IMG/VR virus record: IMGVR_UViG_3300003969_000012
Coordinates: 1 to 59,633 of that record
Length of the DNA stretch: 59,633 nt
Reading direction: 5' to 3' (one strand)
Source of the DNA: a virus
Lineage: Duplodnaviria > Caudoviricetes
The stretch's first letter is position 1; each line of letters starts with the position of its first letter. The notes below the pieces were generated by a model. The model saw nothing but the letters and a program-made list of their open reading frames with translations. It made no database searches and was not told the DNA's origin. A program made the translations under genes and the position numbers. Shown here one piece after another: positions 30,596-38,197 of this stretch.

Positions 30596-30861
30596 CAGGG
30601 TTGAATGGGGGTGGTGCAGATCACCAACGCGGTGCGAAGCTGCACTTCGTAGGCTTCGCGCACCACGATCTCGGCGTCTTGGTGCTTCAGCAGCTGGTCG
30701 ATGGTGGGCTTGGCGGTCAGGGCCTCAGTTGGCATAGCCGGGCGGTCTGGCACCTTCTCGCGGCATTCCACGGGGATGGGCTCGGCGGTCATCGTGCGGG
30801 CGGTGAAGACGCTGCAACCGGTCAAGGAAATCAGGGCAGCGATGGCGGCGATACGGATCAT
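30595..30861 (-). CDS. Outer-membrane spanin (Rz1-like lipoprotein)
   Basis: MIRIAAIAALISLTGC lipobox; Pro-rich; follows i-spanin. Confidence 0.75.
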   Translation of the reverse strand: MIRIAAIAALISLTGCSVFTARTMTAEPIPVECREKVPDRPAMPTEALTAKPTIDQLLKHQDAEIVVREAYEVQLRTALVICTTPIQP

Positions 30862-31211
30862 GGCTGGGCCTTTCTGCTCCACCACGCATCTACAGTGGCT
30901 TGGGCGCTCTTGCAGTCGTCGCCATGCACGGCAGCCGGGGTGGTCAGGATCTCGATAGCCTGCTTTTCGGCTTCCTCGGCTTGCTGTGCGGCGGCTTCAA
31001 CCTTGGGGGCGCCTTCAGCGTGACGTTTGGCGGCTTGAACACCTAAAGTCTTCACGCCTTCGGTACAGGCTTTGGCTACACCATCGGCCTGTTTGGTCTC
31101 TGTGGTCGCCACAATGGCGGTGTCGCGCTGACCTAGGTAGGCTTTGCCCAAAAATGCGTTTCCGGCCACGCTGATGGCCAGCAGCAGGCCCAGGACTTGA
31201 GAAAGACTCAC
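30858..31211 (-). CDS. Inner-membrane spanin (Rz-like)
   Basis: GTG start overlapping endolysin stop; N-terminal TM LGLLLAISVAGNAFLG, Ala-rich coiled coil, C-terminal Cys. Confidence 0.7.
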   Translation of the reverse strand: MSLSQVLGLLLAISVAGNAFLGKAYLGQRDTAIVATTETKQADGVAKACTEGVKTLGVQAAKRHAEGAPKVEAAAQQAEEAEKQAIEILTTPAAVHGDDCKSAQATVDAWWSRKAQP

Positions 31212-31666
31212 GGCAGTTCCTGAATACCAAGCTGTGCGCCGGCATCGGTGATAGTGATGACGCGGTTGGAGGCTTTCTCTGGTACGCGGGTGGACACATG
31301 TACCCACTGCTTGCCCTTCACGCCTTCCAAGATCAGCTGTCCTATCCCGAGCACACTGACTTGTGGTGCTAAAGCCTTGGCAACTTGGTAAGGGCTTCCG
31401 TATCCTGGGCACACGAAGTCAGCGGCATGCCCTTGTGGGTGATCTGAAGTGCTCACGGAACCCACGGCCTTGTTCAAAACGCTGCACCGATATCCGGACG
31501 TCACCATGACAGGCGCACCCAACAGTTCCCGAATGCGCTCCAGCATCTCGGCAGTGCGGATCAGACGCGGCACGATTTCTGGAGGAGCGGTATTGTCGAT
31601 AGCAAGGGCTTTCGCTTTACTGCTGGCGGTAAGTTCCGCTAGGCTGAAGTGGGCAGTAAGTTGCAT
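31208..31666 (-). CDS. Endolysin, Peptidase M15 family
   Basis: QLTAHFSLAELT.S; VTSGYRC..LNKAVG....SDH..G.AADF; WVHVS. Confidence 0.9.
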   Translation of the reverse strand: MQLTAHFSLAELTASSKAKALAIDNTAPPEIVPRLIRTAEMLERIRELLGAPVMVTSGYRCSVLNKAVGSVSTSDHPQGHAADFVCPGYGSPYQVAKALAPQVSVLGIGQLILEGVKGKQWVHVSTRVPEKASNRVITITDAGAQLGIQELP

Positions 31667-31704
31667 CGTCGCTTCCCCCTAATTTGGAGTGACTTTTGAC
31701 AAAC

Positions 31705-31738
31705 AATAAAAAACCCGCCGAGCTTTGGCTTGGCGGGT
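31705..31738 (-). terminator. Terminator upstream of the lysis genes (read through by Q)
   Basis: Minus strand ACCCGCCAAGC-CAAA-GCTCGGCGGGT then TTTTTATT. Confidence 0.75.
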
Positions 31739-31914
31739 GTAAACCTGATCTTGCGATCAAGGGAGACAACAATCGTGGGGAGGTCCGCTTGGCTCCCGGC
31801 GTCCCTAGGTGTTGAGGGAGCTATGCCGGGAGCGTCACGGGGTAGGCCTATACACCCCTGGGCCTACTAGGGTCCGTCTTGATCTTCCAGACTGCATATG
31901 GGAGCGGCAGCAGG

Positions 31915-32025
31915 TCAAACAGAGGTGGACGGATTCGAGAGTGCAGCCACTCGACGTTCTTGGTGCTCCAGCCAGATTTCGGCGCATAGAGCTTTGACGG
32001 CGCGGGCGATGATGGTTTGTTTCAT
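31915..32025 (-). CDS. 36-aa small protein (MKQTIIARAVKALCAEIWLEHQERRVAALSNPSTSV)
   Basis: Translated by hand (below track cut-off); AAAGGA RBS about 9 nt upstream. Confidence 0.5.
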   Translation of the reverse strand: MKQTIIARAVKALCAEIWLEHQERRVAALSNPSTSV

Positions 32026-32125
32026 GACAGCAGTTCCTTTGCACTGGGCCCAGTTTGCGATTTGGTGCAAGTCGGGGCCCAATGCAAAGAAGCCCCACTT
32101 GGGGGCTTCTCATGCGCTTACGGCG

Positions 32126-32413
32126 TCAAATGGATGGGCACATGCGCCAGCTGGGTGTCACCACCGGGCGTTCTCGCTTCAGGATGCGCTGCACAAAGGC
32201 CTTGGCCTGCACCAGCAACACGCCCGGGGCCTTGGCTTCGGCTTCCTTGGGCGCCACGATGTCCAGCACGCGCACTGCGAAGGCATGGGCCAAGTCTTTG
32301 ACGACGGCATAAGCCGACAGCGTGACGGTGGCTACCGCTCGACAGGCTGCGACAGCGAGGGCGGACACAGCCAGACAGGTCAAGACCAACAGGGAACGAC
32401 GGGTGCTATGCAT
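32126..32413 (-). CDS. Hypothetical protein with N-terminal hydrophobic/lipoprotein-like signal
   Basis: MHSTRRSLLVLTCLAVSALAVAAC; GGAG RBS upstream of ATG 32413. Confidence 0.55.
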   Translation of the reverse strand: MHSTRRSLLVLTCLAVSALAVAACRAVATVTLSAYAVVKDLAHAFAVRVLDIVAPKEAEAKAPGVLLVQAKAFVQRILKRERPVVTPSWRMCPSI

Positions 32414-32710
32414 GGAAATCTCCAAGTGAGTGATGCCGTGGCTGGCGGCGGGAGGCCCTTGCCATAACGGGAATTCGAGCCGGTTACGCAGTCCGGCGGT
32501 ATTGCACCCGAGTTAAGCCCGATGTATGCCGCAGGGGCCGTGACAGCGCGCGATGGCCTGCCCTCGCCTTGGTCCTGCTCGATAGCTCCGATCTGAGGCC
32601 GCATGTGTCGTAAAGGCTAGATTGATGCCGTTGAGGGTTCGCCAGTCCCAAGGTGTCACCAGCTCATTGCTGGCCTTACCCGGCGCTCCCAGCGAAGTGC
32701 TGGTGCTGAA

Positions 32711-32740
32711 AAGCAAAAAAGCCACCGCAGAGGGTGGCTT
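32711..32740 (-). terminator. tR'-like terminator
   Basis: Minus strand AAGCCACC-CTCTGC-GGTGGCTT-TTTTGCTTTT, about 30-60 nt after the predicted pR' start. Confidence 0.85.
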
Positions 32741-32775
32741 CGATTTGTATGGACGTGTTTATCCGACCGCTGTGG

Positions 32776-32804
32776 AATTTACAACATCGAGTCTGCATAG
32801 TCAA
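32776..32804 (-). promoter_or_regulatory. Late promoter pR'
   Basis: TTGACT (32804-32799), 17 nt, TAAATT (32781-32776): the same hexamers as lambda pR'; at the end of the Q-like gene and followed by a terminator. Confidence 0.8.
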
Positions 32805-33274
32805 CATCCAATCACGCCTGCTCTACGCAATTCCTGCAAAAGCTTGTTGCGGGCTTCCAGGATCAATACCTCCAGCTCTTCTCGATCCCTAGGGAGCACC
32901 GGTGACGTCCACACCGCGGCACCAGAGCACAAATTTCGTGCTTCAAAAGCTAGTGCTGTATTCCATCGCCTTGGAGAGTTCGGTACACGCTCGATGGCCG
33001 CATCCAGGGCAGCTACTTCAAGCGCTTCGGCACGGGCCTGAGTTGCCCCATTCTGCCAATCCCAATGCGTTGGAGCTCGATAGTCCCTGCATGTGGAATC
33101 TTTCCCAGAAAAACCCATAGCAAATGAATACCCAGCCCTGTGCTGATGCCACAAGATTAACAAATCATCTAGTCGCCTTGCTATGGCGTCAGCGGCAGGC
33201 CGGTTGCCTTCCAACTGTCTTGTTGAAATAGAGCCGCTAGTATTGAGTTGTGAGCGGTCTTTTATGGATGTCAT
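32801..33274 (-). CDS. Late antiterminator Q-like protein
   Basis: LDDLLILWH..; helical C-terminus EARNKLLQELRRAGV; sits immediately before pR'/tR'. Confidence 0.65.
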   Translation of the reverse strand: MTSIKDRSQLNTSGSISTRQLEGNRPAADAIARRLDDLLILWHQHRAGYSFAMGFSGKDSTCRDYRAPTHWDWQNGATQARAEALEVAALDAAIERVPNSPRRWNTALAFEARNLCSGAAVWTSPVLPRDREELEVLILEARNKLLQELRRAGVIGC

Positions 33275-33311
33275 GTTGTTGCCTTGCTATTTATTTGGTA
33301 GCTACTTGCGC

Positions 33312-33881
33312 TTATTCCGTATGGGCTAGCGATGAATTTAACTTTTCCAGAGCCCACAATGCCGCCTTGCGATCGCGCGGCCTTTCAGTGGGGTCTTGGG
33401 CGATACGACGCCACTCCAGCACCTGGTCGACGTGGGCTCGCATGAAGGTGGCTTGCTTCACTTCTTTTGGGGCCGACCCTTGGTCGAGCCAGCCAATGTG
33501 GCAAGCAGCGCAGCTCCAGACCGTGTAGGCGTCGGAAGCCTTCTTGCCCATGCCCTTGCCGTGGCAAGCCCAGTTGCTGTGGGCAGCCACGGTGGTTTCG
33601 GTACCGCCTTGGCATACACCGGGAACTCGCAACAGGCAGCGGCGGCCTTTGGCCAAGGCCAGTAATGCGGGATTGCGGCAGGAATCGGCCTTTGGGAAAG
33701 GGGTGGGCCCAGTCCCACCGATTGACGCCACTACGGCACTGCTTTTCACTATAGATTTCATAGCTACTGGCGCACATCGCGCTTGGGCTAGAGGCCTATT
33801 TGACTCCGAAACAAGCGCACGGCTTACCCCTGGGCCCAACTTGCGGGCCCAGCCTGTACGCTTCATCGGTGTTCGCTTCAC
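33312..33881 (-). CDS. DUF1364/YbcO-like nuclease-domain protein
   Basis: GTG start (VKRTPMKRT); LAKGRRCLLRVPGVC....ETTVAAHSN...HGKGMG.KASD......C.ACH..LD. Confidence 0.75.
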   Translation of the reverse strand: MKRTPMKRTGWARKLGPGVSRALVSESNRPLAQARCAPVAMKSIVKSSAVVASIGGTGPTPFPKADSCRNPALLALAKGRRCLLRVPGVCQGGTETTVAAHSNWACHGKGMGKKASDAYTVWSCAACHIGWLDQGSAPKEVKQATFMRAHVDQVLEWRRIAQDPTERPRDRKAALWALEKLNSSLAHTE

Positions 33882-34201
33882 GGCTTCTCGATCCGCAGCT
33901 GGGCAAAGGCGATCGCGCGCATGTCCTTCAAGTGACTGCCAATGGCGTCCACCTGCCCTTCTGACTGCTTGCCCTGAGTGGGGCGAAAGCCTACGTTCCA
34001 AAGCTCGTCCATCAGGCTCTGTGCGCTCTCATAGTGCAGTTGCAGCATGGGTGGCGTCATTTCGTCGTCTTTCACATCCTGCATGACGACTGGCTGCGCA
34101 ACGCAACGCTTACCCAATGATTGGAACTCTCCAACCATGTGCAAGCTGATGAAGCGCCCGAAGTTAACGCGCTCGGCGAAGAAGCGGAACCCGCTGCTCA
34201 T
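33878..34201 (-). CDS. Hypothetical protein
   Basis: 107 aa; AQSLMDELWNVGFRPT..HLKDMRAIAF; coupled to both neighbours. Confidence 0.65.
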   Translation of the reverse strand: MSSGFRFFAERVNFGRFISLHMVGEFQSLGKRCVAQPVVMQDVKDDEMTPPMLQLHYESAQSLMDELWNVGFRPTQGKQSEGQVDAIGSHLKDMRAIAFAQLRIEKP

Positions 34202-34602
34202 GGCAGCACCACCCAGTCTTCAGCCAGCATGTCGGTCTGGGATGCCAGCCATGGAACAAAATGTTCGTCGGCGGTTTTCATGCCGATCCATGGAAGCGGC
34301 TTGAGGGCGGCATGCTGAAAGGCAACGGCGTCGGCCAGTTCTGCTGGAACTAGTTTCAGCCACATGCCCTTGCCGTTCCAGCCAGTGCGCGCGACTTTCT
34401 TACCCTTTTTGAGCGCGTCGAGTGCAAGTCCAAAAGTCAAGCCAGACGTTTCACGATAGGCTTCTTCGAACAAATCCTTGGGAGACCAGCTGACGTAGCC
34501 ATTTGGGTAGACAACTTTGTATCCCTCTGTCTGGCTCGGCGATTCATCTGGACGATCCTCACGTTCGGCTTTGATGATTTTGGTTCCAATGTAGGTCTTC
34601 AC
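34198..34602 (-). CDS. DUF2829 / Thoeris anti-defence Tad2-like protein with N-terminal YIGTK..SWSP domain
   Basis: GTG start with AAAGGA; TFGLALDALKKGKKVARTGWNGKGMWL ... MKTAD..FVPWLASQTDMLAEDW. Confidence 0.8.
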   Translation of the reverse strand: MKTYIGTKIIKAEREDRPDESPSQTEGYKVVYPNGYVSWSPKDLFEEAYRETSGLTFGLALDALKKGKKVARTGWNGKGMWLKLVPAELADAVAFQHAALKPLPWIGMKTADEHFVPWLASQTDMLAEDWVVLP

Positions 34603-34624
34603 GGCATGTCCTTTCAGTTGGTAA

Positions 34625-35164
34625 TCAATGGTCCCTGTCATGGCTTTGCAGGATGGAATCCAGCATTTCTTGACGGGCGTTGGGTTTGAGGTGCTTCCAG
34701 AGGAAGCGCTGCGCACGAGGTTCGTGCAGGTAATCCACCATGGCCTTGTGCGCTTCGCGGATCTCGTCTTCGCTGCACTCAGCAAATCCGGTGCTTCGGG
34801 GTATGGCAACGGGCTTGTTGTCCTTGCCTGGCTCCCACTTCACAAAACCGGCGCCCACCTTCAACCAGTCGTGCAGCTTGTCGATGTGGCGGAATCGCTC
34901 CTGGCTGGAGAACAGGGTTTCCAGAATGGCGCGGTGCCGGCGGTGGAATGGGCCGCTACGCTCTTCTGATACGGCGATCTGAAAGCCTTCACCGGGTTCC
35001 GCAGCGAAGAATCGTCCCCACATCCGGCGCCAGCGCCCTTCGCTCTCGCGGTCCATACCCTTCACGTGATCGAACAGGAAGCGGCGAACTACATCCTTCT
35101 CGGCTTCTGGCATTTGGCGCAGAGGCACGACTGGGCACACCAAGATTGGGGAAGGCTTGGTCAT
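34625..35164 (-). CDS. DUF1367 / NinB-like protein
   Basis: RSGPFHRRH.A...LF..QE.F.....L..WLKVGAGF..W......PRS..FA. Confidence 0.6.
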   Translation of the reverse strand: MTKPSPILVCPVVPLRQMPEAEKDVVRRFLFDHVKGMDRESEGRWRRMWGRFFAAEPGEGFQIAVSEERSGPFHRRHRAILETLFSSQERFRHIDKLHDWLKVGAGFVKWEPGKDNKPVAIPRSTGFAECSEDEIREAHKAMVDYLHEPRAQRFLWKHLKPNARQEMLDSILQSHDRDH

Positions 35165-35328
35165 GGCGTCACTTCCACAATCCGCAAAGTCAATCCTGCA
35201 AACTGGATCAGCATGCCCGCAGTCACCGGCTGATGGCGCAAAGCGGGAAACAGGTCCGCAGGGGCGTCAATGGACATGACAACCCGACTCCAGTTGCCTC
35301 GGCCTTTGGGCTTGAGGATGAGGATCAT
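35161..35328 (-). CDS. Small hypothetical protein
   Basis: MILILKPKGRGNW.., ATGA-coupled at both ends. Confidence 0.55.
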   Translation of the reverse strand: MILILKPKGRGNWSRVVMSIDAPADLFPALRHQPVTAGMLIQFAGLTLRIVEVTP

Positions 35329-35738
35329 GGGCGATCCACCTTCACAAGGTATGAGAATTCCCATTCAGCTGGGTCACCAGCAAGGCCGGCACGCGATGGG
35401 TGGGGGTCAAACACGATTTGTCCATTGCATCCAACCACTGCATGGCTGACTCCGTTGCCGCGCGGGGAAGGTCCGGCAATCTCGTGATAGACATCCCCTA
35501 CTTCACCAAAGAACAGAGCTCCGCAGCGCGCCGGCATGGTCAGGTAGGCATAGCCATGCTTTCGGCAGAAGGCCTGCAACATGTCCCAGTAATCGCTTGG
35601 ATCGTTCTGCGCCAGCGCGAGGAAGTGGGGAACCTCATTGATCGGCAGCTCCAGCAACGAGGCCACAACAGCACGCTGGCAGTCTCCGAATTGACCAATT
35701 TCAGGGCGGTGGACGAACTCTTGGTCGACAGGCTTCAT
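35325..35738 (-). CDS. Hypothetical protein, papain-like (C39-like) cysteine peptidase candidate
   Basis: Q..GDCQRAVVASLL ... HAVV....IVFDP gives a Cys-His-Asp order. Confidence 0.5.
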   Translation of the reverse strand: MKPVDQEFVHRPEIGQFGDCQRAVVASLLELPINEVPHFLALAQNDPSDYWDMLQAFCRKHGYAYLTMPARCGALFFGEVGDVYHEIAGPSPRGNGVSHAVVGCNGQIVFDPHPSRAGLAGDPAEWEFSYLVKVDRP

Positions 35739-36034
35739 AAGACCTCCATCAAGGGATTGAAGATGGTCAATCCCAAGCGTGCGGCGATATGCTCTTCCAA
35801 CTGAGCGCCCTTGCTGCGATCCCACCCGGGCAGTAGTCGAATGGCGTCACATGTCACCAGCTGGGCGATGTCGCGGCGCATGCATTCATGCCAGCTCATG
35901 GAGTGATCAGGGTTGATCTCGGCTGGGTTCACCACGTCGTGGCCAGCGGCTCTTAGCTTTGCGGCCTCTGCATGGAATGCTGGGAAGTTCAGGTCGGGCA
36001 AGCCTGTCATTGGCCCGGCGATGTAAATCCGCAT
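35735..36034 (-). CDS. DUF4406 nucleoside 2-deoxyribosyltransferase-like protein
   Basis: RIYIAGPMTGLPDLNFPAF..VVNPAE..W..CMR.DI..L..CDAI.LLPGW..SKGA.LE. Confidence 0.85.
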   Translation of the reverse strand: MRIYIAGPMTGLPDLNFPAFHAEAAKLRAAGHDVVNPAEINPDHSMSWHECMRRDIAQLVTCDAIRLLPGWDRSKGAQLEEHIAARLGLTIFNPLMEVL

Positions 36035-36564
36035 TACGCCAACTCCTTCTGCATCCAGTGACCCAGCAGGATGCTTTCGGCGCGGTTATGGTGTTTTGCC
36101 AGGTTGATATCCCTGCAATGCGGATACAGCTGACGTGCGGTGGCCAAAGACTTTGCCTTCATCTGGGAAGGCGTAGCCTTCGGGCCAAAGGTGCTGGATT
36201 CGATCAGCCCGAAATACCGCTTCCACGTCTGAGGTTGGGCGTATGTCGGCTTCAAGCCCAGTAGCTCCAGCACCGTTTCAATGGCGCCCAGCGTACGCAA
36301 AAGGCTTCCTTGGGTCTGAATAGCGTTGTTCTTGCCGCCCATGGTGCCAACGGCTTCAATTACGGCTCGCGCTGACTCGCCGGCCGGGCAGTGCTGCAGC
36401 AGCAGCTTCTTGAATGCCACGGCGTCCAGCTTGGACTTCACCAGGGCCGTGGGGCCCACACCGGGAATAGGCATGGTCGGCAGGTCAAACACTGCGCGCA
36501 GGCCGTTGTGGTCTATGACGCTGCATGCGCCAGTTAATCCCGGATCTATCGCTATGCAAATCAT
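36034..36564 (-). CDS. RuvC-like Holliday junction resolvase
   Basis: Start MICIAIDPGLTGA at 36564 (AGGAG RBS); VIEAV; PQTWK; HNRAESILL. Confidence 0.8.
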   Translation of the reverse strand: MICIAIDPGLTGACSVIDHNGLRAVFDLPTMPIPGVGPTALVKSKLDAVAFKKLLLQHCPAGESARAVIEAVGTMGGKNNAIQTQGSLLRTLGAIETVLELLGLKPTYAQPQTWKRYFGLIESSTFGPKATPSQMKAKSLATARQLYPHCRDINLAKHHNRAESILLGHWMQKELA

Positions 36565-36767
36565 GTTGTTGGCTCCTGAATCACTCTTCTGTCCTGCAGG
36601 TCTTGCAGGCGCTGGTCTTGGTCTGGGGTGCGGTAGAAGTCGATGACTTGGATGGGCTGCCATCCCCTTTGGTAGACCGTGGTATTGAAAATGCTGCGGC
36701 GCAGAGGCGTTTGCACTACGGCAAACGTGGGTACGGCCGGGGCTTGTGTGTTGGGGGTCTCGGTCAT
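36561..36767 (-). CDS. Small hypothetical protein
   Basis: 68 aa, coupled to dnaB and ruvC-like genes. Confidence 0.45.
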   Translation of the reverse strand: MTETPNTQAPAVPTFAVVQTPLRRSIFNTTVYQRGWQPIQVIDFYRTPDQDQRLQDLQDRRVIQEPTT

Positions 36768-38197
36768 AGGTCTCTCCCCCGTCCAGTGCGTACCAGCGTG
36801 GTGGGAACTTCCATAGTTGCCGGCCAGCTGCTGAACCTGCTGTACTCACCTTCGAAAAACAGGTTCAGGTAGCCGGGCTCACCGTCACGCAGCTTTGCCA
36901 AGTGCCCGCGGGTGTAGTTTTTCCATTCAGGTCCGAGATCTGGCTTGCGGCGAAACGGACGGTCAAACAACAAGATGACGTCAGCGTCCTGCTCGATGGA
37001 GCCACTGTCGGCCAGGTCTGACACGCGCGGCATCGGGTCGACCTCCTTGTCCACTTCCCGCTTGATTTGGGCCAAGCCAATGACGGCACATCCCAATTCC
37101 TTTGCCAGCGACTTCAAGCCACGGCTGCCCTCTGCCAATTGGTAGGTCCGCGGAGCCTTAGGGTCGCTGCCTTTAAGCAGCTGCAAGTGGTCCACGATGA
37201 TCAGCCCTAGCTTTCCGCGCTTGCGGTGCAGTGACCGTGCACGGGAGCGGATCTGATCGATCGACATCCCGCCTATGTCGTTGATGTCGTAATGCATCCT
37301 CCGCATTTCTTCCGTTGCATTTGAAATACAGGTCCATTCGAAGTCATTGAGGCGCTCAGGGTGGTTCAACTTGCTGAAGTGCACACCACTCAAGCCAGAC
37401 AGCATTCGCTGGCGTTCTTTCCGTTCAGCCATCTCCATAGAAAACTCACCCACGGGATAGCCGGCCTTCGCTACATTGATGCCGATGGTCTTTGACAGCG
37501 CAGATTTGCCGTGCCCAGACCGTGCACCTATGACCACGAAGTCACCTGGGCGCATGCCGCCATCGAGTCGACGGTCAAGCTCATCCAGTCCGGTGGGGAT
37601 AACTTCGTCTTGGCCTCCGTCCATGAGGTGTTGAATGCGGTCCATGACCTTGCCGACACCTTCTTCCATTGAAGTCCACTCGTCTTGGCTACCTGCGCGG
37701 CGCGATTCGCTGATGGCCAAGAGCTGGCCCTGGGCCTTGTCAAGCAGCTGCTCGACTGTGGTGCCTTGTGGGTTGAATGCGCTGCTAGCAATCTCGTCGC
37801 TGGTGGTGATCAGTTTGCGCATGACCGAGCGCTCTCGTACGATCTCGGCATACCGGCGGATGTTTGCCGCGCTAGGCACGTACTGAGCCAGACTGTTGAG
37901 ATAAATGAGGCCGCCGGCATCTTCCACCGTGCCTTGGTTTTGCAGGTGACCAAACACTGTCACAACATCGGCGCCCTTGTTGCTGTTCACCAGTACGCCA
38001 ATGGCTCCGAAAATCAGGCGGTGCTCATGGCGGTAAAAGTCCGCTTCCAGCAGGATGTCGCTCACACGGTCCCATGCGTTGTTATCCAGCAGCAAAGCGC
38101 CCAGAACGCTGGATTCAGCCTCGATGCTGTGGGGTGGCACGCGCAGGCTTGCGAGGTCATGTTCGCTTATCGGGAAAAAGTCAGTACGGGCGTTCAT
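36764..38197 (-). CDS. dnaB: Replicative DNA helicase
   Basis: PPHSIEAESSVLGALLLDN; Walker A GARSGHGKS; FSMEM; IIVDHLQL; DLADSGSIEQDAD. Confidence 0.93.
   Translation of the reverse strand: MNARTDFFPISEHDLASLRVPPHSIEAESSVLGALLLDNNAWDRVSDILLEADFYRHEHRLIFGAIGVLVNSNKGADVVTVFGHLQNQGTVEDAGGLIYLNSLAQYVPSAANIRRYAEIVRERSVMRKLITTSDEIASSAFNPQGTTVEQLLDKAQGQLLAISESRRAGSQDEWTSMEEGVGKVMDRIQHLMDGGQDEVIPTGLDELDRRLDGGMRPGDFVVIGARSGHGKSALSKTIGINVAKAGYPVGEFSMEMAERKERQRMLSGLSGVHFSKLNHPERLNDFEWTCISNATEEMRRMHYDINDIGGMSIDQIRSRARSLHRKRGKLGLIIVDHLQLLKGSDPKAPRTYQLAEGSRGLKSLAKELGCAVIGLAQIKREVDKEVDPMPRVSDLADSGSIEQDADVILLFDRPFRRKPDLGPEWKNYTRGHLAKLRDGEPGYLNLFFEGEYSRFSSWPATMEVPTTLVRTGRGRDL

Noticed and set aside
31696-31724. 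Plus-strand promoter from a perfect TTGACA
   Set aside because: No -10 hexamer at 16-18 nt spacing
32460-32525. tRNA gene in the late leader (GGCTCGAATTCCC resembles a T-arm)
   Set aside because: I could not build an acceptor stem and D-arm at tRNA spacing
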